Below are positions 10,529-20,571 of a stretch of 32,000 bases of DNA, one piece after another. The DNA comes from Nitrosomonas europaea. Its GTDB lineage: Bacteria; Pseudomonadota; Gammaproteobacteria; Burkholderiales; Nitrosomonadaceae. The notes beneath the pieces are model-generated. The model was not told the DNA's origin. It did no database searches and worked only from the letters and a program-made list of their open reading frames with translations. Within the stretch, counting starts at the first letter, position 1. Every line of letters starts with the position of its first letter. The DNA is taken from contig NZ_FUWK01000006.1 of NCBI RefSeq assembly GCF_900167395.1, positions 30,001-62,000 of the forward strand. Reading direction: 5' to 3'. The position numbers and the translations under genes are program-made.

Positions 10529-10563
10529 GCTCTGAATGATCTCTTTTATGGACCATTCAGAGC
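10529..10563. other. Perfect 10-bp-stem / 15-nt-loop hairpin between convergent pstB and acnA
   Basis: GCTCTGAATG (10529-10538) pairs perfectly with CATTCAGAGC (10554-10563). There is no flanking T-run on either strand, so it is not a canonical intrinsic terminator. Confidence 0.4.
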
Positions 10564-10621
10564 TTGCAGCGCTTCACGATAATTCTGATATCAACTCGCG
10601 GACGACTAAAACCAAGGCAAC

Positions 10622-13468
10622 TCACGCATACGCTTTTCTCAGGACATAAGGCAGAATACCGCCATGGTAATAATAGTCGACCTCGATAGCAGTATCGATA
10701 CGGCAACGTAGTCTGATTTCCCGCCGGGAGCCATCTTGCCCGTGAATGACCAGTGTCACTTCCTGCTGTGGCTGAATATTGCCCAGATCAGGAAGCTCGA
10801 ATTTCTCATTGCCCTGAATACCAAGCGAACTGACGCTATCGCCTTCCTTGAACTGCAGAGGCAGCACACCCATGCCGACCAGATTGCTGCGATGGATACG
10901 TTCGTAACTCTCTGCGACAACTGCTTTGACGCCCAGCAGTTGCGTGCCTTTAGCAGCCCAGTCACGACTTGATCCGGTACCGTATTCCTTGCCGGCGAAT
11001 ACAATCACAGGTGTTCCATCTTCGATATACCGCATGGCCGCGTCGAAGATACTCATTTGCTTACCGTCAGGATCGTCCTTGCCGCGATACAGCGTAACGC
11101 CTCCCTCGCTGCCGGGTATCATCAGATTTCTGATACGCACATTGGCAAAAGTACCACGCATCATGACATGGTGATTGCCCCGGCGTGAGCCGTAACTGTT
11201 GAAATCCATCCGGGTAACGCCATGTGCCAGCAGATATTGTCCTGCCGGTGAAGATTCCTTGATGGCTCCCGCCGGGCTGATATGGTCAGTAGTCACCGAG
11301 TCACCAAAAATCGCCAGCGCACGCGCACCATGAATGGCATCCGGTGTTCTGGTTCGGTCGATCTCCAGAGAAAAATCCTCGAAAAACGGTGGCTCGGCAA
11401 TATAGGTGGAATCCGGCCAGTCATACAGCCTGCCTGTCACCGCAGTAATGCCATTCCAGAGCGGGTGGTCCCGGGTGAAATCACTGTACAAGCGGCGGAA
11501 AGTTTCTGCCTGGGTCGCAAATTTCATCATCGATTCGATTTCGGCACTGTCCGGCCAGATATCCTGCAACCACACGGGCTTGCCATCCTTACCCTCTCCC
11601 AGCGGCTCACGGGTAAGATCTTTCAGCACCGTTCCAGCAATTGCATAGGCCACCACAAGCGGCGGAGAAGCCAGAAAATTGGCACGAATGCTGGGATGAA
11701 CGCGTGCCTCAAAATTACGGTTTCCTGACAGCACAGCCGCACATACCAGATCATCCTTTACAATGGTTTCTTCAATGACTTCCAGCAGAGGCCCGGAATT
11801 TCCGATACAGGTGGTGCAGCCGTAACCGGCCAGACTGAAACCAAGCTGCTCCAGATAGGGCAGCAAACCGGCAGCACCGAGATATTCCGTAACGACACGG
11901 GAGCCAGGTGCCAGTGAAGTCTTGATATGTTTCCTGACTGACAAACCTTTCTCCACCGCCTTCTTAGCCAGTAAACCTGCCGCAATCAGTACACTCGGAT
12001 TGGACGTGTTGGTACAGGAAGTGATCGCGGCAATCAATATATCGCCATGATGCAACTTAATCGGTCGTGCTAGCGATACAGGGACAGCAGTCTGCTGCGT
12101 GGGATGATTATTGACCATTTCAACCGCATTGCGCGCACTGCCCGGTGGTAACGTCAACTCGCTCTGACTGGTGTCAGGGGCGATGCAAAGCTTGGATTCC
12201 ACGTGACGGCTGTCGCGGGTGGAATAAGTATCATCCAACACTTCTGCCGGTTTGCCATAACCATTTTCCTTGACAGATTTGCTGAAAAGTTCAGTAAAGC
12301 TGTATTTCAGATCTTTGAGTGCTATCCGATCCTGCGGGCGCTTCGGCCCGGCCAGAGAAGGCACGATCGTATTCAGATCGAGCGTCAACTCCTGGCTGTA
12401 GTCGATCTCTCCCGGATGCGGCATGCCGAATAATTCCTGTGCCTTGAAATAGCGCTCAAACGCGTCGATTTCTTCATCGGTACGGCCGGTATGACGGAAG
12501 TAGGTCAGTGTTACGTCATCCACCGGGAAGAAACCCATAGTGGCGCCGTACTCGGGTGCCATGTTGGCAATCGTGGCACGATCCGGCAGACTGAGCGAAG
12601 CTGCACCTTCACCGAAAAACTCGACAAATTTGCCCACGACATTGGCCCGACGCAGCATTTCTGTTACCGTCAACACCAGATCGGTTGCAGTGACTCCTTC
12701 CCGCAGCCGCCCGGTCAGATTGACACCCACCACATCCGGTGTCAGAAAATAGACCGGTTGTCCCAGCATACCGGCTTCGGCCTCGATCCCTCCCACTCCC
12801 CAGCCCACCACACCGATACTGTTGATCATCGTGGTATGCGAGTCGGTTCCTACCAGTGTATCCGGGTACATCAGTCCATCCTTCTGATGCACGCCGCGCG
12901 CGAGATATTCCAGATTGACCTGATGCACGATACCGATTCCCGGTGGCACCACGCCAAATGTATCGAATGCCTGCATCCCCCATTTGATGAACTGGTAGCG
13001 TTCCTGATTGCGCTGGAATTCCACTTCCATATTGCGTGCCAGTGCCTGGCTGTCACCGTAGTAATCCACCTGAATCGAATGGTCGACTACCAGGTCAACC
13101 GGCACCAGTGGTTCGATCAATTCAGGATTTTTTCCCAACCTCCTGGCTGCACTGCGCATTGCAGCCAGATCAACCAGCAGCGGCACGCCGGTAAAATCCT
13201 GCAGTACGATGCGCGCCACCACAAACGGAATCTCCTGGGTACGTTCTGCTCTCGGCTGCCAACCGGCAAGCTGCCTGACATGAGTTTCGGTGATCTTTTT
13301 TTCATCATAATTTCGCAATATCGATTCCAGCACAATGCGGATTGAAACCGGCAGGCGCGAAATTGCTCCCAAACCAGCCGCACCCAGCGCAGGCAGTGAA
13401 TAAAACTGAACGGTTTTACCGCTGGCAAGTGATAACGTGCTTAAACTGTTGAATAAATTATGGGCCAT
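10622..13468 (-). CDS. acnA: Aconitate hydratase A (monomeric AcnA/IRP type), 948 aa
   Basis: ATG at 13468 follows GAGGA. The aconitase motifs [18 protein letters not shown] and [10 protein letters not shown] (Fe-S cluster cysteines) are present, as is the C-terminal swivel domain. The track start at 13534 adds 22 unlikely residues. Confidence 0.93.
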   Translation of the reverse strand: MAHNLFNSLSTLSLASGKTVQFYSLPALGAAGLGAISRLPVSIRIVLESILRNYDEKKITETHVRQLAGWQPRAERTQEIPFVVARIVLQDFTGVPLLVDLAAMRSAARRLGKNPELIEPLVPVDLVVDHSIQVDYYGDSQALARNMEVEFQRNQERYQFIKWGMQAFDTFGVVPPGIGIVHQVNLEYLARGVHQKDGLMYPDTLVGTDSHTTMINSIGVVGWGVGGIEAEAGMLGQPVYFLTPDVVGVNLTGRLREGVTATDLVLTVTEMLRRANVVGKFVEFFGEGAASLSLPDRATIANMAPEYGATMGFFPVDDVTLTYFRHTGRTDEEIDAFERYFKAQELFGMPHPGEIDYSQELTLDLNTIVPSLAGPKRPQDRIALKDLKYSFTELFSKSVKENGYGKPAEVLDDTYSTRDSRHVESKLCIAPDTSQSELTLPPGSARNAVEMVNNHPTQQTAVPVSLARPIKLHHGDILIAAITSCTNTSNPSVLIAAGLLAKKAVEKGLSVRKHIKTSLAPGSRVVTEYLGAAGLLPYLEQLGFSLAGYGCTTCIGNSGPLLEVIEETIVKDDLVCAAVLSGNRNFEARVHPSIRANFLASPPLVVAYAIAGTVLKDLTREPLGEGKDGKPVWLQDIWPDSAEIESMMKFATQAETFRRLYSDFTRDHPLWNGITAVTGRLYDWPDSTYIAEPPFFEDFSLEIDRTRTPDAIHGARALAIFGDSVTTDHISPAGAIKESSPAGQYLLAHGVTRMDFNSYGSRRGNHHVMMRGTFANVRIRNLMIPGSEGGVTLYRGKDDPDGKQMSIFDAAMRYIEDGTPVIVFAGKEYGTGSSRDWAAKGTQLLGVKAVVAESYERIHRSNLVGMGVLPLQFKEGDSVSSLGIQGNEKFELPDLGNIQPQQEVTLVIHGQDGSRREIRLRCRIDTAIEVDYYYHGGILPYVLRKAYA

Positions 13469-13608
13469 GTTGATTCCTCGAATAAAAGACTTTGAGCATT
13501 TTGTGTTTATGCAGTAACCGATTGAGTTTATCATTCAGCACAGACTGCGGCCAGATACTTGACCTGATGCCAGTGGTTACAGGATTTTTTGCATTTCTAA
13601 ACGGGAAA

Positions 13609-14517
13609 ATGATGAATATTGAACAATTAAACAAAAATTACAAAATTGGGGAACAGGTAGTTTTTGCAGAGGGTGAAGGAGGTTTGCCCTTTATTCATGT
13701 CAGGAATGACAAAGCCAGCGCGCTGATCTCGGTTTATGCCGGGCAGGTACTTGCATACCGGCCTCAGAGTATTCAGGACGATCTTCTGTTCCTGAGCAAG
13801 CGCGCCTATTATCAGGCGGGCAAGGCGATCAAGGGAGGCGTGCCAATCTGCTGGCCGTGGTTCGGTCCGGACCCGGAAGGCAGAGGACGTCCCGCACATG
13901 GCTTCATGCGTAACTGCATGTGGGATATCGTCGAAGTATCCGCAACACCGGAAGGCAATACTCGCATCGTACTGGGATCGACAGATACCGAAGAAACACA
14001 ATCCATCTGGTCCCGCTCATTCGTACTGCGGCTGGAAATCACTATCGGCGATACGCTCAATCTTGAACTGGTAACCCGCAATTCCGGTTCACAGGCGTGC
14101 ACCGTCACCCAGGCTTTTCATACCTATTTCAGCGTGGGAGATATTCGCCAGACCCATGTATCCGGTCTGGAAAATACCCGCTATATCGACAAAGTGGACG
14201 ATAACCTGGAAAAAAACCAAACTGGATCGGTGACTATCGATGCGGAAGTGGATCGAATCTACCAGTCGGTTGGCAGCAATCTCGTCATTCATGATACTGC
14301 CCGCAAGCGCCGTATCCACATTACTTCCAAAGGTAACCGAACAGCAGTGGTATGGAACCCCTGGGCAAAAATTTCGGCTGAAATGGCAGATCTGGAAGAC
14401 GATGATTACCTGCGTTTCATTTGTGTGGAGACCACCAACGCTGCAACAGACCGGGTACATATCCAGCCCGGCAGCGAATTCCGGCTGATTGCCAATTACC
14501 GGATCGAGCAGGATTGA
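13609..14517 (+). CDS. Aldose 1-epimerase family protein, YeaD-like D-hexose-6-phosphate mutarotase
   Basis: ATG at 13609 gives a 302-aa protein. It has the YeaD-type GGVPICWPWFGP motif and downstream FHTYF / VVWNPW segments typical of this mutarotase fold. Confidence 0.75.
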   Translation: MMNIEQLNKNYKIGEQVVFAEGEGGLPFIHVRNDKASALISVYAGQVLAYRPQSIQDDLLFLSKRAYYQAGKAIKGGVPICWPWFGPDPEGRGRPAHGFMRNCMWDIVEVSATPEGNTRIVLGSTDTEETQSIWSRSFVLRLEITIGDTLNLELVTRNSGSQACTVTQAFHTYFSVGDIRQTHVSGLENTRYIDKVDDNLEKNQTGSVTIDAEVDRIYQSVGSNLVIHDTARKRRIHITSKGNRTAVVWNPWAKISAEMADLEDDDYLRFICVETTNAATDRVHIQPGSEFRLIANYRIEQD

Positions 14518-14557
14518 CAGAATATTTCTAAATTTCTCGAAAAGGAAAATGATAGCC

Positions 14558-15115
14558 ATGAAACTTCATATCATTACCTGCAGTACCCGCCCCGGGCGTA
14601 TTGGCCCTTATGTCGCAAAATGGTTTAGCGAGGTCGCCGTACAACACGGCAAATTTGAAGTCGTGCCAGTCGATCTGGCCGAATTCAATCTGCCGGTATA
14701 CGACGAGCCGGAACACCCTATACGTCAGCAATATCAGCATGTGCATACAAAAAACTGGGCAGCCAGCGTCAGCGCAGCAGACGCTTACGTATTCGTTACG
14801 CCGGAATATAATTTCGGCCCGCCGCCTTCGCTGCTCAATGCGCTCAATTATGTCTACAAAGAGTGGAATTACAAACCTGCCGGGATAGTAAGTTACGGTG
14901 GAATATCAGGTGGATTACGCTCGGCACAAATTCTGAAGCAGACCCTGACCACCCTGAAAATCATGCCTATGATGGAAGCTGTGGCTATTCAGAATGTTTC
15001 CACACTCATCAGTGAACACAAACAGTTTATGCCCAGTGAACATCACACCAGCTCTGCAGTAACGATGCTGAATGAACTGTATAAATGGGCACAGGCACTC
15101 AAAACACTGCGATAG
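14558..15115 (+). CDS. NAD(P)H-dependent FMN reductase family protein
   Basis: MKLHIITCSTRPGRIG... followed by ADAYVFVTPEYNFGPP fits the flavodoxin-like FMN_red family. An alternative ATG at 14549 lies 3 codons upstream and closer to AAGGA. The track start at 14489 overlaps the preceding gene. Confidence 0.75.
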   Translation: MKLHIITCSTRPGRIGPYVAKWFSEVAVQHGKFEVVPVDLAEFNLPVYDEPEHPIRQQYQHVHTKNWAASVSAADAYVFVTPEYNFGPPPSLLNALNYVYKEWNYKPAGIVSYGGISGGLRSAQILKQTLTTLKIMPMMEAVAIQNVSTLISEHKQFMPSEHHTSSAVTMLNELYKWAQALKTLR

Positions 15116-15340
15116 TGATCTACGTCAAGTTGCAGCTAACAACTCGTGTTACTTATTCAGATTAAACGCAAAGTCGACAAGGCACCCCGGCTGACTGCCA
15201 AAAAATTGTACTTTTTACCATTAGCTGAGTTTTCCCGTCAGACGGCTCACATCGCGTCGATAATGATCCGGCAAAAATACGGAACAAAGAATCGTTACAC
15301 CATCCCATGACATGAACGGTTCCTGCTCCGGCTGGGTTTA

Positions 15341-16261
<921 letters not shown>

Positions 16262-16318
16262 TCAGATTACATTCATAAAATCAGGCAATCAGGCAGCACA
16301 GCCGAGACTGGAGGTAAT

Positions 16319-16831
16319 TCAGCTGCCCGCCCGCTGGAAAGATTCGAGTTGTAGCAGTGCCGGTAAATTCAGCATGCGCCAAAGTCTGTCCTGACGGTCT
16401 TTGTATATGCCGGCCACGACAGGTCGTTTGTCCTCATGATCTGACTGGGGAACAAACTCCATCAGATTCCGGATACCGAGAACACTGCCTGCCAGCATGG
16501 CATAACTTACACCCAGGCGAGGGATGGTCAGAAAGACCCGGTTTTTTGCGCTGATGCAGGTGGATGTGTTGTCAAGATAATGGCTCAAGTCACATAAACC
16601 GTAAACATTACCACGCACATTGATGACACCGAGGAACCATGGCTGTGTCAGAAAAACCGGGGTTATTTTGGGTACCGGCAATATTTCACTGATGTTACTC
16701 ATTGGTATCAGCCACCGGTCTTCACCAATGGTGATTCCCAGTACTGGAATGGTGGCTGAAGTTTCCTGAGCCTTTTTATTGATTTGCTCAGTCAGTGATG
16801 ACTGACGTTCCGGCATGGCATTAATTGTCAT
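16319..16831 (-). CDS. CheW-like coupling protein, PilI-like
   Basis: 170-aa single CheW-like domain (LIPMSNISEILPVPKITPV...FLGVINVRGNVYGLCDL). It starts 6 nt after the stop of the PilH-like response regulator, in the same size range and order as pilH-pilI. Confidence 0.75.
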   Translation of the reverse strand: MTINAMPERQSSLTEQINKKAQETSATIPVLGITIGEDRWLIPMSNISEILPVPKITPVFLTQPWFLGVINVRGNVYGLCDLSHYLDNTSTCISAKNRVFLTIPRLGVSYAMLAGSVLGIRNLMEFVPQSDHEDKRPVVAGIYKDRQDRLWRMLNLPALLQLESFQRAGS

Positions 16832-16837
16832 TGAATA

Positions 16838-17203
16838 TCAGTTCAGTCCGGCAATCTTTTGCAATAACTCGGCAGCTACGACCGGCTTGGTAATATAATC
16901 CCGCGCACCTTGTCGCAATCCCCAGATTTTATCGGTTTGCTGATCTTTGGTTGTGCAGAGAATGACAGGGATATGGCGAGTTGCACCATCTCGAGCAAGT
17001 ATACGTGTTGCCTGATAACCATTGATTCCAGGCATGACCACATCCATCAGCACCAAATCCGGCCAGATTTCCCTGGCTTTGATGACACCCTCCTCACCAC
17101 TCTCGGCCACTCCCACCTGATAGCCACTCCTGATCAATATACCGGAAATAATATGGCGATCTGTCGGCGAATCATCGACTACCAATATCGTCCTGACTGT
17201 CAT
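16838..17203 (-). CDS. Single-domain CheY-like response regulator, PilH-like
   Basis: 121-aa receiver domain with VVDDSPTD, the phospho-acceptor context LMDVVMPGINGY, and TTKDQQTDKIWGLRQGARDYITKP. As I recall the PilH sequence, the last segment closely resembles P. aeruginosa PilH. Confidence 0.8.
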   Translation of the reverse strand: MTVRTILVVDDSPTDRHIISGILIRSGYQVGVAESGEEGVIKAREIWPDLVLMDVVMPGINGYQATRILARDGATRHIPVILCTTKDQQTDKIWGLRQGARDYITKPVVAAELLQKIAGLN

Positions 17204-17497
17204 ACGTGATTCTCTATAAAAAGCTTCATTTTCACCTGCACAATATGCGGTATTCTGTGAAATACCTGAAACAGCTTAAATTCAGTGAAAGTAACAGATT
17301 CATATTCTAAAGTTTAGTCTCCAGACAATAAAGGATGACGGTTAGTAATCAGTACAGATTGATCCGGTGTTAGACTACGCACTTTATGTTTGCAGGATTA
17401 CTCTGCTGCGAGCCTCGTGTTGCGGAAAACCCCGATATTGGTATATCACTGTTTCTTTCAGGCAAATAAATAAAGTCTATTGTACGTTTAAATCATT

Positions 17498-18082
17498 ATG
17501 CAAAATACTTTCATCAAGCTGATATTGGGAATACAAATTTTATTCCTTCTAACGGGCTGTGTGCCGATGGTATTGACAGGTGTGGGAGTCGGTGCGGGAA
17601 CCGGAGCATTAATGGTTGAAGACCGCCGCAGCAGCGGGATGTATATTGAAGATGAGAGGATTGAGCTCAAAACCAGCCGCAGAATCGGTGAACGCCTTGG
17701 TGACAAAGTACACGTGAATGTCACCAGTTTTAACCGTAACGTTTTGCTGACAGGTGAAACCCCTGATGAATCTACCAGGAAAGAAGTGGAAAAGCTGGCT
17801 ATGAGTGTGGAAAACGTACTGAATGTTTCCAACGAAATCATCGTTGCACCGAAGAGTTCATTGGCTTCACGCAGCAATGACACGCTGATTACTTCCAAGG
17901 TTAAAGCTCGTTTTATCAATAACCGGGTATTCCAGGTCAATCACATCAAAGTCGTTACTGAGAATGGCGTGGTGTACTTGCTGGGATTGGTAAAACGTAA
18001 TGAAGGCGAAAAGGCTACACACATTGCCAGTACCACGGAAAGCGTGACAAAAGTTGTAAAAGTATTTGAGTATCTGGATTAA
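17498..18082 (+). CDS. BON-domain lipoprotein (DolP/YraP/OsmY-like)
   Basis: Signal peptide ending in the lipobox LLTGC. Two BON-like repeats follow (VHVNVTSFNRNVLLTGETP and IKVVTENGVVYLLGLV). At 194 aa its size matches DolP/YraP. Confidence 0.75.
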   Translation: MQNTFIKLILGIQILFLLTGCVPMVLTGVGVGAGTGALMVEDRRSSGMYIEDERIELKTSRRIGERLGDKVHVNVTSFNRNVLLTGETPDESTRKEVEKLAMSVENVLNVSNEIIVAPKSSLASRSNDTLITSKVKARFINNRVFQVNHIKVVTENGVVYLLGLVKRNEGEKATHIASTTESVTKVVKVFEYLD

Positions 18083-18126
18083 ACAATACCTTTTTGATCT
18101 TTCCGAGCCATCCTCGGCATCAGTAA

Positions 18127-19494
18127 ATGCTGCCTGCGGAGTTTATCAAATCACTACAGAATCTGATTCCTTCCGATCGACTCTATTTCGATCCGGTGGA
18201 TTGTTACGCTTACGCCTACGATAACAGCAGGAAGTTTTTTCCTCCCGAGTGTGTCATATTCCCTCTGACGACTGATGAAACCGCAAAAACTGTCCGGTTA
18301 TGTAACCAGTTCAAAATACCTCTGACACCACGCGGACGAGGCACCGGTACGGCTGGCGGCAGCTTGGCCGAACAGGGCGGAGCTACGCTCTCACTGGAGC
18401 AGATGACACAAATCATCTCGATCGACCCCCCCAACCGGGCACTCGTCACCGAGCCCGGTGTTTTAAACGAAACCATTCAAGCTGCTGCCAAACCTCATGG
18501 CTTTTTTTGGCCACCCGACCCTTCCAGTGCGGCATTCTCAACTATTGGCGGGAATCTTGCCACCAGCGCAGGAGGACCACATGCGGTCAAATATGGAACA
18601 ACCCGCGATCATGTGCTTGGATTGACCGCAGTAACAGGGAAAGGGGACATTATTAAAACCGGGTGCTATACCACCAAAGGTGTCGTTGGCTATGATCTGA
18701 CCCGTTTGCTGATTGGTTCAGAAGGTACGCTTGCTGTCATAACGGAAATGACACTTAAGCTGACTCCGCTACCTGCTGCCAAAAGTGGACTTGTTGCGCA
18801 TTATCAGGATGCTGACAGTTGTGCGTCAGCAATCGTATCTATCATGAAAGAGCCACAAGGACCGAGTGCTCTTGAGTTCTTGGATTCGGGCTCACTTAAT
18901 CTCATTCGTGCCAGAAATCCTGAGTTATTACCAAGCGACTCTCAGGCCATGCTGATGATCGAGGTCGATGGTACAGAACATGAAATCCCGGAAACAACAG
19001 CAAAACTTTTAGCTGCTTGCCAGAACTCCGGGTTATTGAAAGCAGTATCCGTTCAGAATACGGCAGATTTATGGAAGGTCAGGAAAACATTATCGCCCTT
19101 GCTGCGGGATATTGCACCCAAGAAAATCAACGAGGATATCGTAGTTCCAGTCGATAAAATTCCCCGGTTATTGGCCGGATTATCCGCACTATGCAAGCAA
19201 TATCAGATTGCCAACGTAAATTTCGGACATGCTGGAAATGGGAATATTCACGTTAACCTGCTCATCGACCCGGACAACCCCAGCGAAAGTGAACGTGCAT
19301 ATAAATGCCTGGATCAGATATTTGATCTGGTCATCAGCCTCAATGGCACACTCTCGGGTGAGCACGGTATAGGCTCCGAAAAGCGCCCCTATATTGGCAA
19401 GGAACTCAATGACGCTACTCTGACTTTGATGAAGCAGATCAAACTGACTTTTGATCCTAATAATATTCTGAATCCTGGAAAGCTGTTTCCCTGA
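18127..19494 (+). CDS. FAD-linked oxidase, GlcD / D-lactate dehydrogenase-like
   Basis: 455 aa with an FAD_binding_4 (PCMH) region PRGRGTGTAGGS...LIGSEGTLAVITEMTLKL and a C-terminal GTLSGEHGIG...DPNNILNPGK motif typical of GlcD-family oxidases. No glcE or glcF follows. Confidence 0.8.
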   Translation: MLPAEFIKSLQNLIPSDRLYFDPVDCYAYAYDNSRKFFPPECVIFPLTTDETAKTVRLCNQFKIPLTPRGRGTGTAGGSLAEQGGATLSLEQMTQIISIDPPNRALVTEPGVLNETIQAAAKPHGFFWPPDPSSAAFSTIGGNLATSAGGPHAVKYGTTRDHVLGLTAVTGKGDIIKTGCYTTKGVVGYDLTRLLIGSEGTLAVITEMTLKLTPLPAAKSGLVAHYQDADSCASAIVSIMKEPQGPSALEFLDSGSLNLIRARNPELLPSDSQAMLMIEVDGTEHEIPETTAKLLAACQNSGLLKAVSVQNTADLWKVRKTLSPLLRDIAPKKINEDIVVPVDKIPRLLAGLSALCKQYQIANVNFGHAGNGNIHVNLLIDPDNPSESERAYKCLDQIFDLVISLNGTLSGEHGIGSEKRPYIGKELNDATLTLMKQIKLTFDPNNILNPGKLFP

Positions 19495-19566
19495 TCATCC
19501 TATCAAAAGCGACCCCAGTATTACTCTCTCTGGAGCCGCTTATATGTCAATCCAGATTTCTCTGTA

Positions 19567-20463
19567 TCAGAAATAAAAGTAGTGATCTACCAGCAATGCT
19601 GTAAACAGCAGCGCGAGATAAGCTATAGAGTAACGGAAAGCTTCTCTGGCAATCTGGTCAGTGTAATGCAGGTAGATTCTGATTGCGTAATAGAAAAATA
19701 TCGCATCAAGAATCAACACACTCCCCAAATAGATCAGACCGCTCATCTGAGTAAGATAGGGTAGTACCGTTACTACACAAAGAATAATTGTATAAAGTAA
19801 TACATGCAGACGCGTAAACTCATCACCATGAGTCACTGGAAGCATCGGCATACCAATTTTTGCATAATCTGTTTTGCGATAAAGGGCCAATGCCCAGAAA
19901 TGTGGTGGTGTCCATGCGAAAATAATGAGAAACAGCAATAGAGCATCTGCAGAAATTTCTCCTGTAACTGCTGCCCACCCCAGTACTGGTGGCATTGCAC
20001 CAGATGCACCTCCGATTACAATATTTTGAGGTGTAAGAGGTTTAAGTATCACAGTGTATATGATCGCATAACCGACAAAAGTACCGAGAGTCAGCCACAT
20101 TGTTAACGGATTGACCCATTGGTGAAGCATGAACAGACCAAAGCCACCAATCAATACAAGAAAGAAAAGTGTTTCAGGAACACTTACCTTTCCTTGAGGC
20201 AAAGGCCTTCCCTTCGTGCGAGCCATGATTGCATCGAACTTGTATTCAACCAGGCAGTTAAGGGCAGCTGCTGCACCAGCGACAAGCGAGATTCCAACTG
20301 TTCCAAAGATTAGTTTATCTAAAGGTACTGCACCAGGAACTGATAAAAACATACCAATCACGGCAGTAAATACAATGAGTGAAACAACGCGTGGCTTAGT
20401 AAGTCTATAAAACTGCTGAACACGTGCCGTTGCCTGTTGCCAAGCTAATGAACTTGTAGTCAT
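19567..20463 (-). CDS. ctaB: Protoheme IX farnesyltransferase (heme O synthase)
   Basis: 298-aa polytopic UbiA-family prenyltransferase ([36 protein letters not shown]). It is the last gene of the oxidase assembly cluster. Confidence 0.92.
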   Translation of the reverse strand: MTTSSLAWQQATARVQQFYRLTKPRVVSLIVFTAVIGMFLSVPGAVPLDKLIFGTVGISLVAGAAAALNCLVEYKFDAIMARTKGRPLPQGKVSVPETLFFLVLIGGFGLFMLHQWVNPLTMWLTLGTFVGYAIIYTVILKPLTPQNIVIGGASGAMPPVLGWAAVTGEISADALLLFLIIFAWTPPHFWALALYRKTDYAKIGMPMLPVTHGDEFTRLHVLLYTIILCVVTVLPYLTQMSGLIYLGSVLILDAIFFYYAIRIYLHYTDQIAREAFRYSIAYLALLFTALLVDHYFYF

Positions 20464-20491
20464 TACTTACTCCTCACAATCTTTTCTAATG

Positions 20492-20514
20492 ACAGGCAAG
20501 TGCTGCCTGTTTTT
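20492..20514 (+). other. Terminator-like hairpin whose T-run is on the plus strand, lying between two minus-strand genes
   Basis: ACAGGCA-agtgc-TGCCTGT (7-bp stem, 5-nt loop) is followed by TTTTATATT on the plus strand. On the minus (coding) strand it is preceded by an A-run and followed by non-T sequence. Confidence 0.4.
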
Positions 20515-20571
20515 ATATTACGTTTTAGATAAAGCCAGATCCAACCTGATTTTCGTCACTTTGCTCACCTG

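Noticed and set aside
13520-13538. Fur-box-like sequence GATTGAGTTTATCATTCAG in the acnA / mutarotase divergent promoter region.
   Set aside because: It matches only 11 of 19 positions of GATAATGATAATCATTATC by my count. That is within what AT-rich promoter DNA gives by chance.
410-14557. Upstream-extended starts offered by the ORF track: 410 for murC, 3838 (TTG) for ftsQ, 5974 for ftsZ, 13534 for acnA, 13492 for the mutarotase, 14489 for the FMN reductase. Also 29766 for the copZ-like gene, 23067 for DUF2970 and 21847 for SURF1.
   Set aside because: The extensions overlap the preceding gene or add residues atypical for the family (Cys/Trp/Arg-rich, no conservation logic). An internal ATG with a better SD or family-typical N-terminus exists in each case. 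SURF1 and the FMN reductase remain ambiguous by a few codons.
15116-15340. The 225-bp convergent gap between the FMN reductase gene and argB, examined for a small gene, sRNA or terminator.
   Set aside because: I found only ORFs of at most 29 codons without SD sequences, and only 4-5-bp inverted repeats. Nothing here is supportable from sequence alone.
17204-17497. The 294-bp divergent region between the pilH-like and BON genes, checked for sigma-54 (TGGCAC-n5-TTGC) promoters, operators and small ORFs.
   Set aside because: The best sigma-54-like match (TGGTAT-atcac-TGTTT) lacks the conserved GC at -12. The inverted repeat GGTATT-ctgtga-AATACC (17249-17266) is only 6 bp. The 11-codon ORF at about 17334 has its SD too close to the ATG.
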